Below are positions 1-12,940 of a stretch of 64,000 bases of DNA, piece after piece; position 1 is the first letter of the stretch, and each line of letters starts with the position of its first letter. The position numbers and the translations under genes are program-made. The notes beneath the pieces were generated by a model that had not been told where the DNA came from, did no database searches, and saw nothing but the letters and a program-made list of their open reading frames with translations. The DNA comes from Camelus ferus (taxonomy: Eukaryota), in contig NC_045697.1 of NCBI RefSeq assembly GCF_009834535.1, positions 58,902,001-58,966,000 on the forward strand. Direction: 5' to 3'.

Positions 1-1581
1 CCATGATCTAAGGCTGAGCCACGTTTGGGGCCCACTGAAATACATAGCAGGTGTCAGTTTTTGAAGACCAGAAATTTCACCTCTGACAAGAGTCTTTCTT
101 ACAATGCCTGATTCTGCCATTTTTTAACCTACCTTGCTTTAATAGTGTATTTTAAACTGACTTTTTAAACATGCATTGTACATATACATGGAGATTTTTT
201 CTGAATATCAACATCAAATGAAATAGCTCTCATGATTAGCTAATTCCTGGTTGTTAAAACTTACTGGAACAGAAATAAACTGGAGAGGTAGACAGTATAA
301 TGAATGAAATTAACATGTTCAAGCACTTAATATCTGTCATGCACTGTGCTAGATTCTTTACTTATGCTTTTTACTTAATCCTCAAAATAACCTTGAGGGA
401 GACATTTCTATAACATCAAAAAGCTAATTAGAATCATCTTGAGATACTACTGATAATTAGAAAGCACTTGTTTAAAGTGACAGAAATCTTGTATTGTCCC
501 ATACCACAAAATATTATACATGCCCAAGTACATGAATGTATAAATGCTGCACTGGTATAAGAATTAAAGGGAAATTTTGACAAATTTACATTGTTGGTAA
601 AACTAGGTGGTAATGTAACTAATTTTTTTAAAGCACTATCTTATAGTGATTTGTTAGAAATAAACAGTGTTAAAATCAGGGCAACTTTAGGGGAAATGTC
701 AAAAGCGGCAAGTAATTTTATCCAGTTTTTTGTACTGACAGCAGAATGCAATTCATGTTGAAATTATGAATATGAGCCAAATTTAGAATCGCATCACTGA
801 AAAACAACAATAGATTTCTGTAGTCAATTAAAAACCAAAAGTGAGCTAACAGGGCTAAAAATTCATTTCAGCTGCTTGATACACTATAATATTCTGAGAC
901 CTCCTAAGCAGTGGCAAATACACCTGTGCCCCTTTTTCTTTGCTCTAATTACCATTGACATATGAGATAGTGATTATAATATGCCATTTTCATCTTAGTA
1001 TAAAACCAATAATAATTAGTAGAAAATTTTTAATTGGGAAAAAGAAACATACATATAGACTTTAATTTGCCAACTTTTAGAGAGATTCAGTGAGTACCAT
1101 ACTAAGTGGCACATAATTTGTCTTGCTTATTTATTGAATAATTATATATTCTATAAAATTTTCCAAAGGAGTTATTTCTTGATTACTTGATTTGATGTAG
1201 ATTTTTGGGCTGTTTTCTTTCAAATGTGCACACATACTATCTTAAAAGTGATTTTTAACTACAAAAATATGTAAAAGAAAAAATTCATAATAAATGATAA
1301 GGTTAATAATTTAGATTAATTTAGATCCTTAAAAGTGGTAAAACAAAGAATAAAACATGTAAAATTTATTTTAAAAAGCCTTTCATTGTACATACATTTC
1401 AAATGGTACTTTAAGAAATCAAAGTCGTATTTATTGCAGCTTAAGGTATATAACTTACTGCTATTAATATATGGTAGGCAAAAGCTGCAAAATCATAGAG
1501 CAAAGATTTAGAAGAAAGGGTCTAGTGTGAAAAACTGGGACAACATTAAGCACCACACAAAAATCAAATTAAAGTTCTTAC
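1..1581 (-). other. ADGRL3: Start of the intron downstream of the ADGRL3 start-codon exon
   Basis: Begins with GTAAGA on the minus strand; no further exon recognised in 1-1581. Confidence 0.85.
311..410 (-). mobile_element. MIR SINE fragment
   Basis: gcactgtgctagattctttac...ttaatcctcaaaataaccttgagg resembles the reverse-complement MIR core. Confidence 0.6.
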
Positions 1582-1636
1582 CGTGAACAGTTGGTGCTAA
1601 GAGCATCATGCAGACTAGTAGCTGTGATGGCCACAT
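1582..1636 (-). CDS. ADGRL3: First coding segment (55 nt) of adhesion GPCR L3 / latrophilin-3, encoding the signal peptide MWPSQLLVCMMLLAPTVH plus a phase-1 base
   Basis: The translation closely matches the latrophilin-3 N-terminus I recall (human MWPSQLLIFMMLLAPIIH...). The ATG at 1636 has A at -3 (acaaccATG). The segment ends at a canonical donor, CACG|gtaaga (GT at 1581-1580). Confidence 0.93.
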
Positions 1637-1799
1637 GGTTGTGTACTTGGGCATGAGTGCCTCAAGAGTGTGCCAGACTTGAAATGAAATAAATGTCTTT
1701 CTGATTCTTCTTCTATGTTCCAAGACTGATGATTAAAAAAAAAAACTCAAAAAGAAATATTCCTCAGAAACAGAAACACCAATATCCCAAATCTGAATC
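1582..1799 (-). other. ADGRL3: Whole ADGRL3 start-codon exon (218 nt: 163 nt 5'UTR plus 55 nt CDS)
   Basis: Acceptor tttttttttttcttgtttatag|GATTCAGATTTGGGATATTGG (AG at 1801-1800) and donor gtaaga. The exon start matches the mammalian ADGRL3 5'UTR exon as I recall it. Confidence 0.9.
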
Positions 1800-2367
1800 C
1801 TATAAACAAGAAAAAAAAAAGGGTTATCAATTACAGCAGTTTTCTTATTACCTTGAAAGTTTCTTTCCTGACTAGAGCATCTTTATACCTCCTCTCTTCT
1901 TCATTTTAACGAATACACGCATTAAATACAAAAATGAGTAAGTAACCTAAAGGACATTTATTTATGCATGAATTACTACAGTGCTTATTCCCCAGTCCCC
2001 ACACTGACTGAAATGAATAATCCAGTCATACTGGACTAATTAATATGACTATCCAATATTATTTTATATAATAATAATTAATTTCTATAATTTATTAATA
2101 TGTTTAAATAGATCTGGTACTTATTCTGTAAACATTTTCCCAAATATAATTGTTACTAATATTAGGAAGGTAAAAAAAAAAAATCATTCAGTATCATTAC
2201 TCTGTGTTTAAACAAAAAAAGTTAAATAAATGAGTCTTACTTTCATTCCAGGTCCTGATAATCACTCAGAAAATATTCTACATATTAATTATATTACTTT
2301 TCTAAATATCTTTGTAATTACACTTGTGAATATCATAGATTTATGTTGATTAATTATGCTCAACCAT

Positions 2368-2500
2368 AATCAATGCATTCAACGTAAGTTTATTGAGTGC
2401 CCACTGCAATACAAAGCACCAGGCTAGGAACATAGGATAGAATATAGAATAAAACACACAACCTATTATCCAGGATCCTACAACTTAAAACGAGGAGTCT
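2368..2500 (-). mobile_element. L2 3' end fragment
   Basis: cattcaac...tttattgagtgcccactg...aagcaccaggctagg is a typical antisense L2 tail. Confidence 0.6.
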
Positions 2501-2959
2501 TGCTTAAAAGTGTTGAATATATATGGAACACATTAAAAACCTTCAGCATTAAAGCAGTTTTACTGAACCAAACTGATAGAGCCGCTTGCAAAACAATCTG
2601 TACAGACTTGTCCTACGAAGTGAAAATAGTGAAGGAACCTGACCCAACTTTTGAAGATGTTGTCTTTCACAGTATCTTTAAAACTGATCAACCAACTATA
2701 CACTGGGACTTCCTTCCTTTTCTTTCCTTTCTTCTCTTTCTCTCTCCTTTCTCTTCTGGTGGCTTACATATATTTAAAATAATTTCATATTTTGGCACAA
2801 ATTTAAAATTGTTCTGGAAGGGGATATTCAGAACAGAGTTTACTGTGGATTATATTAATAAGCCACGTTCTAAAGAAACACATTCCAAAATATTTAACTG
2901 CTTGTCTTCATTATAAGACAAAATTACACAGATTTATCTGAATTTCTGGCATTGTTATT

Positions 2960-3235
2960 CACAGCATGGTAATTAAGAGCACACATTCTGAAGCAAGACC
3001 ACCTAATTTCAGTTATTAGCTGCACTAGTACTATGACCTTGGGCAAATCATTTAAACCCTCAGTCCTTGGTTTCCTATCTGTTAGTGGTGAGAGAGTAAT
3101 ATTACTTAATTCATATGATTATATGGACAGTAAATGAACTAAAATTTGTCATTTTAATTATATAAAATATGTAAAAATATGCACTGCCCACAATAGTGTC
3201 TACTATGTGATAAGTGCTATATGTCTTTAACAATT
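2960..3235 (+). mobile_element. MIR SINE
   Basis: taagagcac...tgaccttgggcaaatcatttaaaccctcagtccttggtttcctatctg matches the MIR core. Confidence 0.8.
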
Positions 3236-4074
3236 ATTATGTATCTCATCAGTTTTTACTTTTATCCTACTCATATTCTTTAACATGGATGTGTAAGAAG
3301 CTAGATAATTCAATCCCAAAATACTTACTGAGTCACTATTGTATAGACCGGCTCAGAGAATACTAAATTTGGAAACAACAAATCAAATAATTTTCTTCCT
3401 AATCTCACAGATATTATAAAAAAAAAGCTCATAATGGACACTTTCATAACACTTAACAAATAGAGAAAGAATTGACAAGAAAAAACTGATTGAGATAAAA
3501 CAAATTCTGTGAAAATGATTCATAAGCAGCATTTTCCTTTCATTTTCTTTATTCACACTGACTTACTAGAAAACATTTAGAACATATTCTTAATTGCCAC
3601 AAATGCTATATATGTAAAACTCTTTCTGAAAATAAATTTGAAAGCAGATGCTAATTTAAAAGTGCATTCTTTAACATGCATGTAACAATTAATAGATACT
3701 TAAAGATAGATACTTAAAATGACTGATGCATCAACAAGTAAAGAACTGCCCCATCCCTCAACACTCAGTTACTGTCCTTTTTTTCCTCTGTAACTACAGC
3801 ATCAAAAGAAATGTGTATACACACTAACATATGCACAAACACAGACACATATGTATGTCAGATAAATATATACAGAACTATTTTGCAACTGAAAAAAATT
3901 GAGGGCAGGCATCTAGGTGAGTTATTTATTCATCATTTCAAAAATATATACTAAATATCTACCATGGTGGGTATTATTGAGAATGCAAATTACTAGAACA
4001 ATTTTTTTTCACAACTCCCACTGTAATGGGAAAAACAGAACACAGTAAATGAAGTCTCCATATAAAGAGAAGAA

Positions 4075-4255
4075 TTAACATTTTTTCACTTCGTATCATA
4101 TGCCAAGCAATGTTCTAGATGATATTATACGATTATGTGATTTAATTCTCCATACACATCTATAAGGCAGATAATATTGTCTCCTGTTTACTGAAGAAGA
4201 AAATCAGACATGATACTCAGCAAGAATTTCAAACCAAATGTCTGACTCCAACATC
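4075..4255 (-). mobile_element. MIR SINE
   Basis: tatgccaagcaatgttctag...tttaattctc...tttcaaaccaaatgtctgactcca. Confidence 0.7.
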
Positions 4256-5547
4256 AGTGCTCTTTCCTTTCTCTATGGTAGAAGCAAACAAGAAAATGTA
4301 AGAGAGTAACTAGGGGTATTAATTGTGCAAAGGAAGGGGACAAGGTAGTAAGTTTCCAAGGAAGACTTAGGCCTTGCTTAAATATGTTACTTGATCGTGA
4401 AGAGTAAAGAATAGGAGGACAGCACAGATATATGAGGTAGGAGTGGAGGGACAAAGAGAAACGAAAGAAATACATGTTCAAAAAGGAAAACAGCCTAATT
4501 ATAGCATTGTACCTTTGGAGGAGCCAAAAGATTATCTCCACTGTGAAACAGGAGTATTGCTATTGTTAACTTCAGTCTGGCTTTAGAGAAAACCAGAACG
4601 GTTTATCTCATATGATATAGTATATTTTCACCTTGATGAAGCAATGGGAGAAAGTTACTTTAAAGAAAGAATAAGAAAATGCTTATCTATTATTTATAAC
4701 AATGGCTTATTTTAAGATAGCACAGCAGGGCATAAAACCACAGTACTAAGATTATTCTGTATTTGATTTGGGCATAAAAGTTTGTTCTCATGATGACTGG
4801 AAACAGAGGTGGGGAAAGGAATTCAGATGAACAGAAGCTATTATATGAGGAGGGTAACATGTCCTCACACTCTAGCCTCATCCCTATCCCGAATTCTCAC
4901 CCTATACAGCCCCAAAATAATGTGCTAACTCGGGGGTATATTTAATAAAATTGCAATAATTAAAATACATACATTTTAATAAATAATTTGTAAGATGAAA
5001 TTGTTCATAACCTACAGAAAGATAAACCACCACTCTCTAAATGTTAACATAAAAAAAGAAAGAAAAGTTTCTGGGATGATTTTTCTCCAATTTATGTATT
5101 GTCATTAACTTCACCAAACCAATCGGTTCTCATACAAAAGGGAGTTTTCACTCATTTCTGAAACATAGCTCTTCAAAACATAAAGAAAAAAAAAACAAGA
5201 AAAGACATTAGGGACTCATTAAGTCACATATGACAAGATAATTACTCATAAAAAGATATACCAATGATACAAAGCATTTAACAAGTCAATTTCAACATGT
5301 TTCCATTTCCAATAAAATTTCTTTAGCCTTCTCCACGTACGAGCCCTGAACTAACACTATGGTCAAGTGAGGAAGCGTGGCTGTACGTCTAAAATAGGAT
5401 CACCATTTTAAAACAATGTGCAGTAAAACATGGACGCTAGAAGGTATAGTCACCAATAATTATAGTGCTGTGCAAAATGTGTTATGTGTTCCATGAGATG
5501 TTCTAGAAACACACAGTAAAAAACTGCCAGACTTTCTTTTGTGTGTA

Positions 5548-5700
5548 ACAGCAAGAGATTTAAAAGCATGCAGACTGAATATTCTGGTGCTGTTCAAGTT
5601 TGCAAACTTCTCTGAATCTCAGTTTCTTCAACTATAAAAGAGAGAATAATATTCCCCTTGTAGGTAGATTGTGAGGATTAGTGATAACGTAAATTATTGT
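5548..5700 (+). mobile_element. MIR SINE fragment
   Basis: acttctctgaatctcagtttcttcaactataaaag...ttgtgaggatta. Confidence 0.65.
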
Positions 5701-8700
5701 CTGATGCAGAGATGTCATGCGATTGGACATGCCTGTTAATGCATGTCTCTCATTCACCAATTCCTTTGTTTCCTTAATTCTCTCAATAATGACAAATAGA
5801 CCATTTGCCTGACTCCCATCCGTCTCACTTACAAGTTCAGGAAACTAATAACATACTCTCCTTGAGAGAAATGAACACTCTCCTAGAGAATTCTATGCAT
5901 ACTATCCTTGAGAATTCTAATGGCTGAAAGATGGATACTAAAATAATGTGATGTTCTATAAAAAAGGATTTTCCTGTATGCTTCTCTTCTTTAAAATATG
6001 TTTTATTATTTAAGCTACTAGTTTCCATTAATAAATCAGCATATTAAATGATATAGAAATTATTATTGAAGGATGGTGTTTCTAAATTTTATCAAAGATT
6101 ATCACAATATGGGAAACATTTTTGCATGTTACCCCGTCTAAAACTTGAAAGGAGTGTATTTCTAGTGTAGACCTTGATTTGGTACTTGGAGTTTATATGT
6201 CCTCCAACAAAACTATCTAACTTAACTTCACTACTTTTCACAATATTCAAAATTTAAAAGTGAGGTTGATTAAAGCATCCTAATTTATATTATTAATATT
6301 TAAGATTATAATTATGAAACTGTGTAATTTGACTCAAGTTCCATTAAATGTTAAAAAAATCACAACATGGAAAGATAATCTATAAATGTTTTATGTAAAT
6401 AAAGTCTTTGATCATAAACCACATGGAATATTCTTTACGTTACATTTAGACTAAATTCCATTCATATTTAGCACAATAATTCTGAGAACATATTTAAATT
6501 TTTTTATTGCTGAAACAAAATTTCTTCTAAATTTAAAACATTGATTTTTTTACTTTGTGGAAACTCTTCCCTTAAATTCTGGTGTCTAATTCATTTTTCC
6601 CATTTAATTTTTTCATATACCTTTCTCAAATCATATTTGAAAGCTTCCATTTTTATATTTGGTTTCTTTCTACACTCTAAAGATTAGTATTAGAATCTGA
6701 GTTACAAGTCGTCCTGGAATTGTTACTTCTATTTTAGCTGCTCTTAATCACATGTCTATTAGATAACTTACTCTCAATCTTTTCCCAAAGTAAATTGCAT
6801 GTTATCATTATACCTTCCCCCTCATAATAACCTAGACAAGATACTATAATAACTTTTCAATAATATTTTTACATCTTGCTACCTATTAAATGTTCGCTTA
6901 TTAGCAATTTTGCTAACTCCAAATTTTCTTCTTTATCAACCATACAAAATTTTATTAACCCACATTTTAATTTGCATATTTACATATTTTTGCCATATTA
7001 GTCTTTTTAGAGTTCAATGGGCTTTTTTAAACATGTTTGGCACATGTCAAATGTATAAAATGCCTTGTGGAACTATTTAAATAATTAATTGGTATATAGT
7101 CTTATAACCCCATTGTTAACTATAATTTCACATTTTCCCATTTAGCATTTTTTCCCTCATTCAAAATAGGGAAACTGTAGTCATTTCCTCAAAAAAAAAA
7201 AAAAAAAACCACAAGAAAGCAACAAACAAAACCTCCAACTTTAGAAGTATTTATAAATATTGCTTGAATGTTACCTCTATTCTACCAGGTTATTTGATGG
7301 ATTTTGAAATTTAAATGATTTCAAACTACATTCATTAACAAACCAAATATTAACTTTTTATCTATATAAAACTGGTATGTGGTAACTCATGAAAAGTGAT
7401 GTAAATTTCAAAAAAGTTTAACAGTTATTTCAACATTTGTCACTAACTTAACGAGTAAAGCAAATATCTGTTATCATAACAGAACATCTAGTTAAACATG
7501 ATTTATGTGCACAAAGCTCACTACATCCATAAATAAGAGTCATCCATATTAACCAAAAGTGTCAAATATTTCTAAGAAATATTCATTTAATAAGGCTGAA
7601 AAAAATTTCATCTAGAGTATTTAACTATGCATAGATGCTTAGATGAGATTTAATGATCAGTATTCAAATTTAAGATGGCAATATTTCCATGATTTACTAA
7701 TATTGCATAATCATAAGCACATATACATCAATGCTCCATAGTCCATGCCCTATCAAATGATGGATGCCATCTATTCTCCAAAGAAATGTCTTCCCGAAAT
7801 GGTTCAACATGGAAGACTCCTTCTGATGTGAATGATGTTCTGTGATATTAATTCTTAGGGAAAAGAAGTAGGGCAGCAAGATGAAAAATTAGATGACTAT
7901 AACACAACTTCCTGGCATCATCATGCTATAAAATGTTAAAATCTTTGGTGTAATGACCACTAGGTAAAAGCAAACAAGTTTTAAAGGAGTCTAAACTGAG
8001 TAAACTAGATACTGTTTTTCAAATGTTAAATGTAATTTACAATGTCTAAAACCTAAAATATACTTTTAAAAAAAGTTTTCTTGTTGTTTGCTAAAAACGT
8101 TACTTCTCAACTGAGAGTGCATGTGAGTGTACTACGGATTGTAAAGCACTTTATTTTGGGTCCTACTATTGTTCATACTTTAAAAACAATTAAACACTTT
8201 CTCAACATTTTGGCTCTGAAAACCAAAGCACTACAATAAGTTTCAAGGATCTTTCCTTTCTTTCAATGTTTATGGAGTCAAAGAACCTTATATTAAATAA
8301 CTATTGAAAAGTACTTAATTATGGAGCCTATTTGGTAGCAGTAAGGTGCTGAATGCTTCTTAGCAGTAAATACTTTCTTAAATAGTGCTAGATCCCCTTG
8401 GAGATTCATAGAGGACAAATTCTCAGTCACCTCATTTAATATTTTCAAGAAATATTAAATTCAATCAACCCACATATGTGTTTATTCATCAATGTGTTCC
8501 AAGAGATCATTGTTGGATACAAACAATACAATCTGTGATCACGGGAGGTATGTGAGATATGTATGACACAGTTCTTGCACTAAAGAAGGAAGAGGAGGAA
8601 AAGGAGTAGCAAAAAGACAACAATGAGACAGAAAAAAGGAGGAAAGAGATGATGCAAAAACATAAAATAATAAAATGTAAATCGAAAAATTTGATTTTTT

Positions 8701-9757
8701 AAAAAGAGAGGTAAAAAAATAAAGGAGATAACCCAGCTTGGAAGATCTGGAAGACCTATAAGAAGAGAATGATACTTGTGCTGGAGTATAAAGAACAGGC
8801 AAAATTTCACTGAACAATGATTGGAAGAATATTATTCTGGGTTAAGGGTTGTTACAAAGAAAGGTAAAGAGCAGGTAAAAGACAAAGCATAAATTACCGA
8901 ACTGCAAGTCATCTGTTTTGTCAAGTTTACCGAGTAAATCAGAAGTAAGAGAAGACCACACAGATGATGAATTGGGGCAGAATGGGACAGGTTTTGAAAT
9001 CTGTACAAAAAAATTTGGATTCAATTTGGTTAGTTTCCAACCATGATGTTTTCAAAATTTAAACAATACTTATTATTTTCTAAAAGCACAAATTACGTAA
9101 GTAAATAAAAACCACCGCAAGCATTGTCTTTTAAGATTGAGGGTAAATATTTATAGTGAGTACATCCTAAAAATGTCTATAATCCTCTGTATTGCTCCTA
9201 GACACTTGAACATTTTGCTCTGAATTTAATTTCTGTAAATGACCTTTGGTTTGAAATAAAGAGCCTGAGTTACTGGAGATATTAAGCGAAACAGAGGTAT
9301 TAAGTGAATCATTAAATTAGTAAACTAGTATTTAGATAGTACCTAACACAATACCACACAAAAATAAAGCAGCCTTTGCATTTTCTTAATATGATACTTT
9401 GTCAGGATTCCAAAGTTGCATAACATTGCTAAGCAACTATTATCCTATTTGAGATCAAATACTGATTCCAGAACAGTACACTTTTAAACACAATGGTATT
9501 GTATGCATTTGGCAGTGTATTACTACCAAATAACACACTGTATCTATATGACTTATCTGTACAGATGTGTCCTTTATAACACATTCAGGACAAATACAAT
9601 CTGGAAGAAATTTCATATACACTAAGTATGTGTTTGCCTTGACCTAGAAGTGGATGTGGTCATACTTTTCTTAGTCCTTAATTTTCTGCACATATTTAAA
9701 AAAAAATCTAAGCTCCTGTCATCAAGTATTAAACATTGCATAAGTCAGCACCATCAG

Positions 9758-10015
9758 AAGCAGCATGAAAAGAGGACAAGATATGAGCTTTGGCGTGAGA
9801 AAGGCATTTAAGTCCTCTCTCTTCAAGCTGTGAGCTGTATGACCACAGGCAGATTACTTAAATTTTCTATACTCTAATGTTCACATCTAAAATTAATACT
9901 TATTCCACCAGATGGTTAGAAGGCTTAAATAAAAGTTTTATATATATACATACGCACATATACATATATATATTACATATAAAGATTCCTGGCAAGAGTA
10001 GGCATTCAATAAGTG
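9758..10015 (+). mobile_element. MIR SINE with an internal (TA/CA)n-like expansion
   Basis: agctgtatgaccacaggcagattacttaa...catctaaaat...cctggcaagagtaggcattcaataa. Confidence 0.7.
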
Positions 10016-10843
10016 AGAAAAATCCTTTTTCTCATTTAATGAAGGGTTTTATATTCAAAAGTAGGGTTATAAATGGTAAATGAGACTACATTTAATGGTG
10101 AGTAGGACAGAAGAACATTTGATAGGAATTTTTGAGTAGTTGGATGGGAAAGGGGATAAAATCAGAAGGTACATTGTAAACATCATGCTTTTAAATGATT
10201 AAATTGGTCTTGGTATATAGGAAAAAATGGAGAGGGGAAAAAAAAAAGGCTCATGGAATCAGTAATAATATTAGCCAGAGTTAGTTAGTATGGTGGAAAT
10301 TCACAATGACCTACAAGTGCAGAATTGTGATTTAAAATATATATTATTTGACAAAAGTCAGGACAGCAGTTTTTCAAGTTATAGAATTATTAAATTATAT
10401 GTTTTGTCAGGGTGGAAAGGGAAAAAATCAGGAGAAAAATAGAAGGAAAAAACAGAAAATGGGTACAGAAGATACAAGAAAAATTAAATCAGATTGGAAT
10501 TATGGAGATTAGTTCAGGAATAAAACTACATTTCCACTAGAATTTTCACTCAAGTCTTCATTCTTCCTTCATTCTTTCCCTACTGTCTCCTCCACAAGTT
10601 AAGTTTCAGAGAGATCAGAGCAAGGAAACACCTATTTGTATTCAATGAAAAAATTCTGAAGGTTACTAACCACACTTTTCAAGCAATGAAACACTCAATG
10701 TCTATACGCTGTCTGAACACTAACAAACAACACTTTTTATTGCTTAAGTAAAATACATATTTCCTTACAATTATATTTAAAACATAATTTGGTGCTATGT
10801 TAGAAAACAAGCAATCTAGGAAGGTAAATTTACTAAGTTCTCA

Positions 10844-11493
10844 CCGTATGACCCAGGAATCCCATTCCTGGGCATATATCCAGAAGGAACCCTACTTCAG
10901 GATGACATCTGCACCCCAGTGTTCATAGCAGCATTATTTACAATAGCCAAAACATGGAAACAGCCTAAATGTCCATCAACAGATGACTGGATAAAGAAGA
11001 TGTGGTATATTTATACAATGGAATACTACTCAGCCATAAAAACCGACAACGTAATGCCGTTTGCAGCAACATGGATGCTCCTGGAGAATGTCATTCTAAG
11101 TGAAGTAAGCCAGAAAGAGAAAGAAAAATACCATATGAGATGGCTCACATGTGGAATGTAAAAAAAACAAAAAAACAAACAAACAAAAAAAAACAAAGCA
11201 CAAATGCAAAACAGAAATAGACTCACAGACATAGAATACAAACTTGTGGTTGCCAAGGGGGCAGGGGGTGGGAAGAGATAGACTGGGATTTCAAAATTGT
11301 AGAATAGATAAACAAGATTATACTGTATAGCACAGGGAAATATATACAAGATCTTATGGTAGCTCACAGAGAAAAAATGTGACAATGAATATATATATAT
11401 ATATATGTTCATATATAACTGAAAAATTGTGCTCTACACTGGAATTTGACACAACATTGTAAATGATTATAAATCAATAAAAAATGTTAAAAA
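10844..11493 (+). mobile_element. Young 5'-truncated LINE-1 (camelid L1_Vpa-like): ORF2 C-terminus, 3'UTR, AATAAA and short poly(A), with an 18-bp TSD
   Basis: ORF 10919-11161 ([41 protein letters not shown]) is the L1 ORF2p C-terminus. An identical aaatttactaagttctca sits at 10826-10843 and 11494-11511. Confidence 0.95.
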
Positions 11494-12274
11494 AAATTTA
11501 CTAAGTTCTCAAGAGTAAAAGAACCATTTAACTGTCTTTCAGATAGTGTTACGATCTAACAAGTATCCATTAAAGTTTAGGAACAAAGTTGGATTTAATG
11601 AACAATGCTATTTTTGGCTTAAAGGCAGCCTATCATTTAACCATGATTGATATTTTACAGAGGATCATTTTCTTGCAAGGTGTCCTTGAGTTAACCTTTT
11701 CCTTGAGATCCCCCAAAGCATCTGATTGGAGTGTGCTTCCAACAAGCTTTGAATAGGATAAAATTTTCCCCACTGATATGTTCAATAGGAAATATAATCA
11801 AAGAGTTTGAAATTTAACTAAGTATAAATAATTACTTTAATGCAACTAGCTTGGAAAATAACTCAATTGCTTGAAATGAGAGAATTACAACTGAAAACTG
11901 GATCTCGTATTTCTTTCCATGTATATGATTTTTAAAATTGATTCTCTGCTCTTCACAAATGAAAATAATCATAAAATTTCTAATTTTTACCATCAATATT
12001 CACTGCAAAAAATAAATCTGAATGAATACAGCCCTTATTTAAAAGGTTATTCAAAAAAATCAACAATTGCTTTACAATATTTCATTCATGATCATAATCA
12101 TTACAGATTTCTCTTTCCAAGGGAAGTAGAAATTAGGAAAGGCACACAAGCTACAGTAAAAACATGCAGAATATCACAGGTTTCTACTTCAAAGTAAATA
12201 ATTCCACTTCTAACAGGAACATGGGAATCTATTCCAAAATCTAGAGCACCAGGCAAAATAATAGTCCTCTTTAT

Positions 12275-12545
12275 AACAATAGCCCTTACTATCAGGCATT
12301 GTTGTAAGAGCTTTCCACATATTAAATCACTTAATTGATTTTAAATATAAATATTATTGTCAATCCTATAACAACTCCAAAGGAAAGATTTATTATTATT
12401 CCTAAGTGGCAAATGAGGAAGCTGAGAGACCAAGAGGTTGAAGACCTTACTGAGGTTACATAGCTAAAAATAAAAGAGCTCACATTTGCACCTAAACCCT
12501 CTAGACCCATGTTTTGTGCTTTCATGCATTAGTTCCTACTGTCTC
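12275..12545 (-). mobile_element. MIR SINE
   Basis: atcaggcattgttgtaagagctttccacatatt...aaatgaggaagctgagagaccaagaggttgaagaccttactgaggttacatagcta. Confidence 0.85.
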
Positions 12546-12582
12546 TCATTGCTTCTATTGACTACTGATCCTATGGCATACC

Positions 12583-12940
12583 TACTATAAACTGAATGCT
12601 TGGTTCCCCTCAGAATTCATATGTTGAATACAGATCCCAATGTGATGGCATTTGTGGGTGAAGCCTTTGAGAGGTGATACGCCCACGAGAACCGAATCCT
12701 CCTGAGATCAGCGCCTTAGGAAAGAAACCCCAGAGAGCTTTCTACAGTCGCTTCCTCCATGTGAGGTTACAGCAAGAGGACAGCTGTCTGTAACCCAGGA
12801 AGTGGGCTCTCTTTAGAACTCAGCCAGGCTGGTCCCTGATCTTGGACTTCCAGTCTCTGGAACTGTGAGAGGTAAATGTGTGTTGTTTATTTAGATATCC
12901 AGCCTGTGGTACTTTTCTTATCACACCCTGTGACAAGACA
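12583..12940 (+). mobile_element. MaLR solo LTR, MLT1A/MLT1A0-like
   Basis: aattcatatgttgaa...aatgtgatgg...tgatcttggacttccagtctctggaactgtgaga...aagaca. The 5-bp flanks atacc (12578-12582) and atact (12941-12945) fit a TSD. Confidence 0.9.

Noticed and set aside
1508..1723. 71-aa ORF as a standalone protein
   Set aside because: It is the ADGRL3 exon frame with a TTG start plus read-through into the intron; only 1582-1636 (or up to 1654) is supportable as coding.
2500..2916. 138-aa plus-strand ORF
   Set aside because: TTG start, includes a pyrimidine low-complexity tract, and shows no recognisable homology.
11026..11412. 128-aa minus-strand ORF
   Set aside because: Antisense reading of the L1 ORF2 end and 3'UTR.
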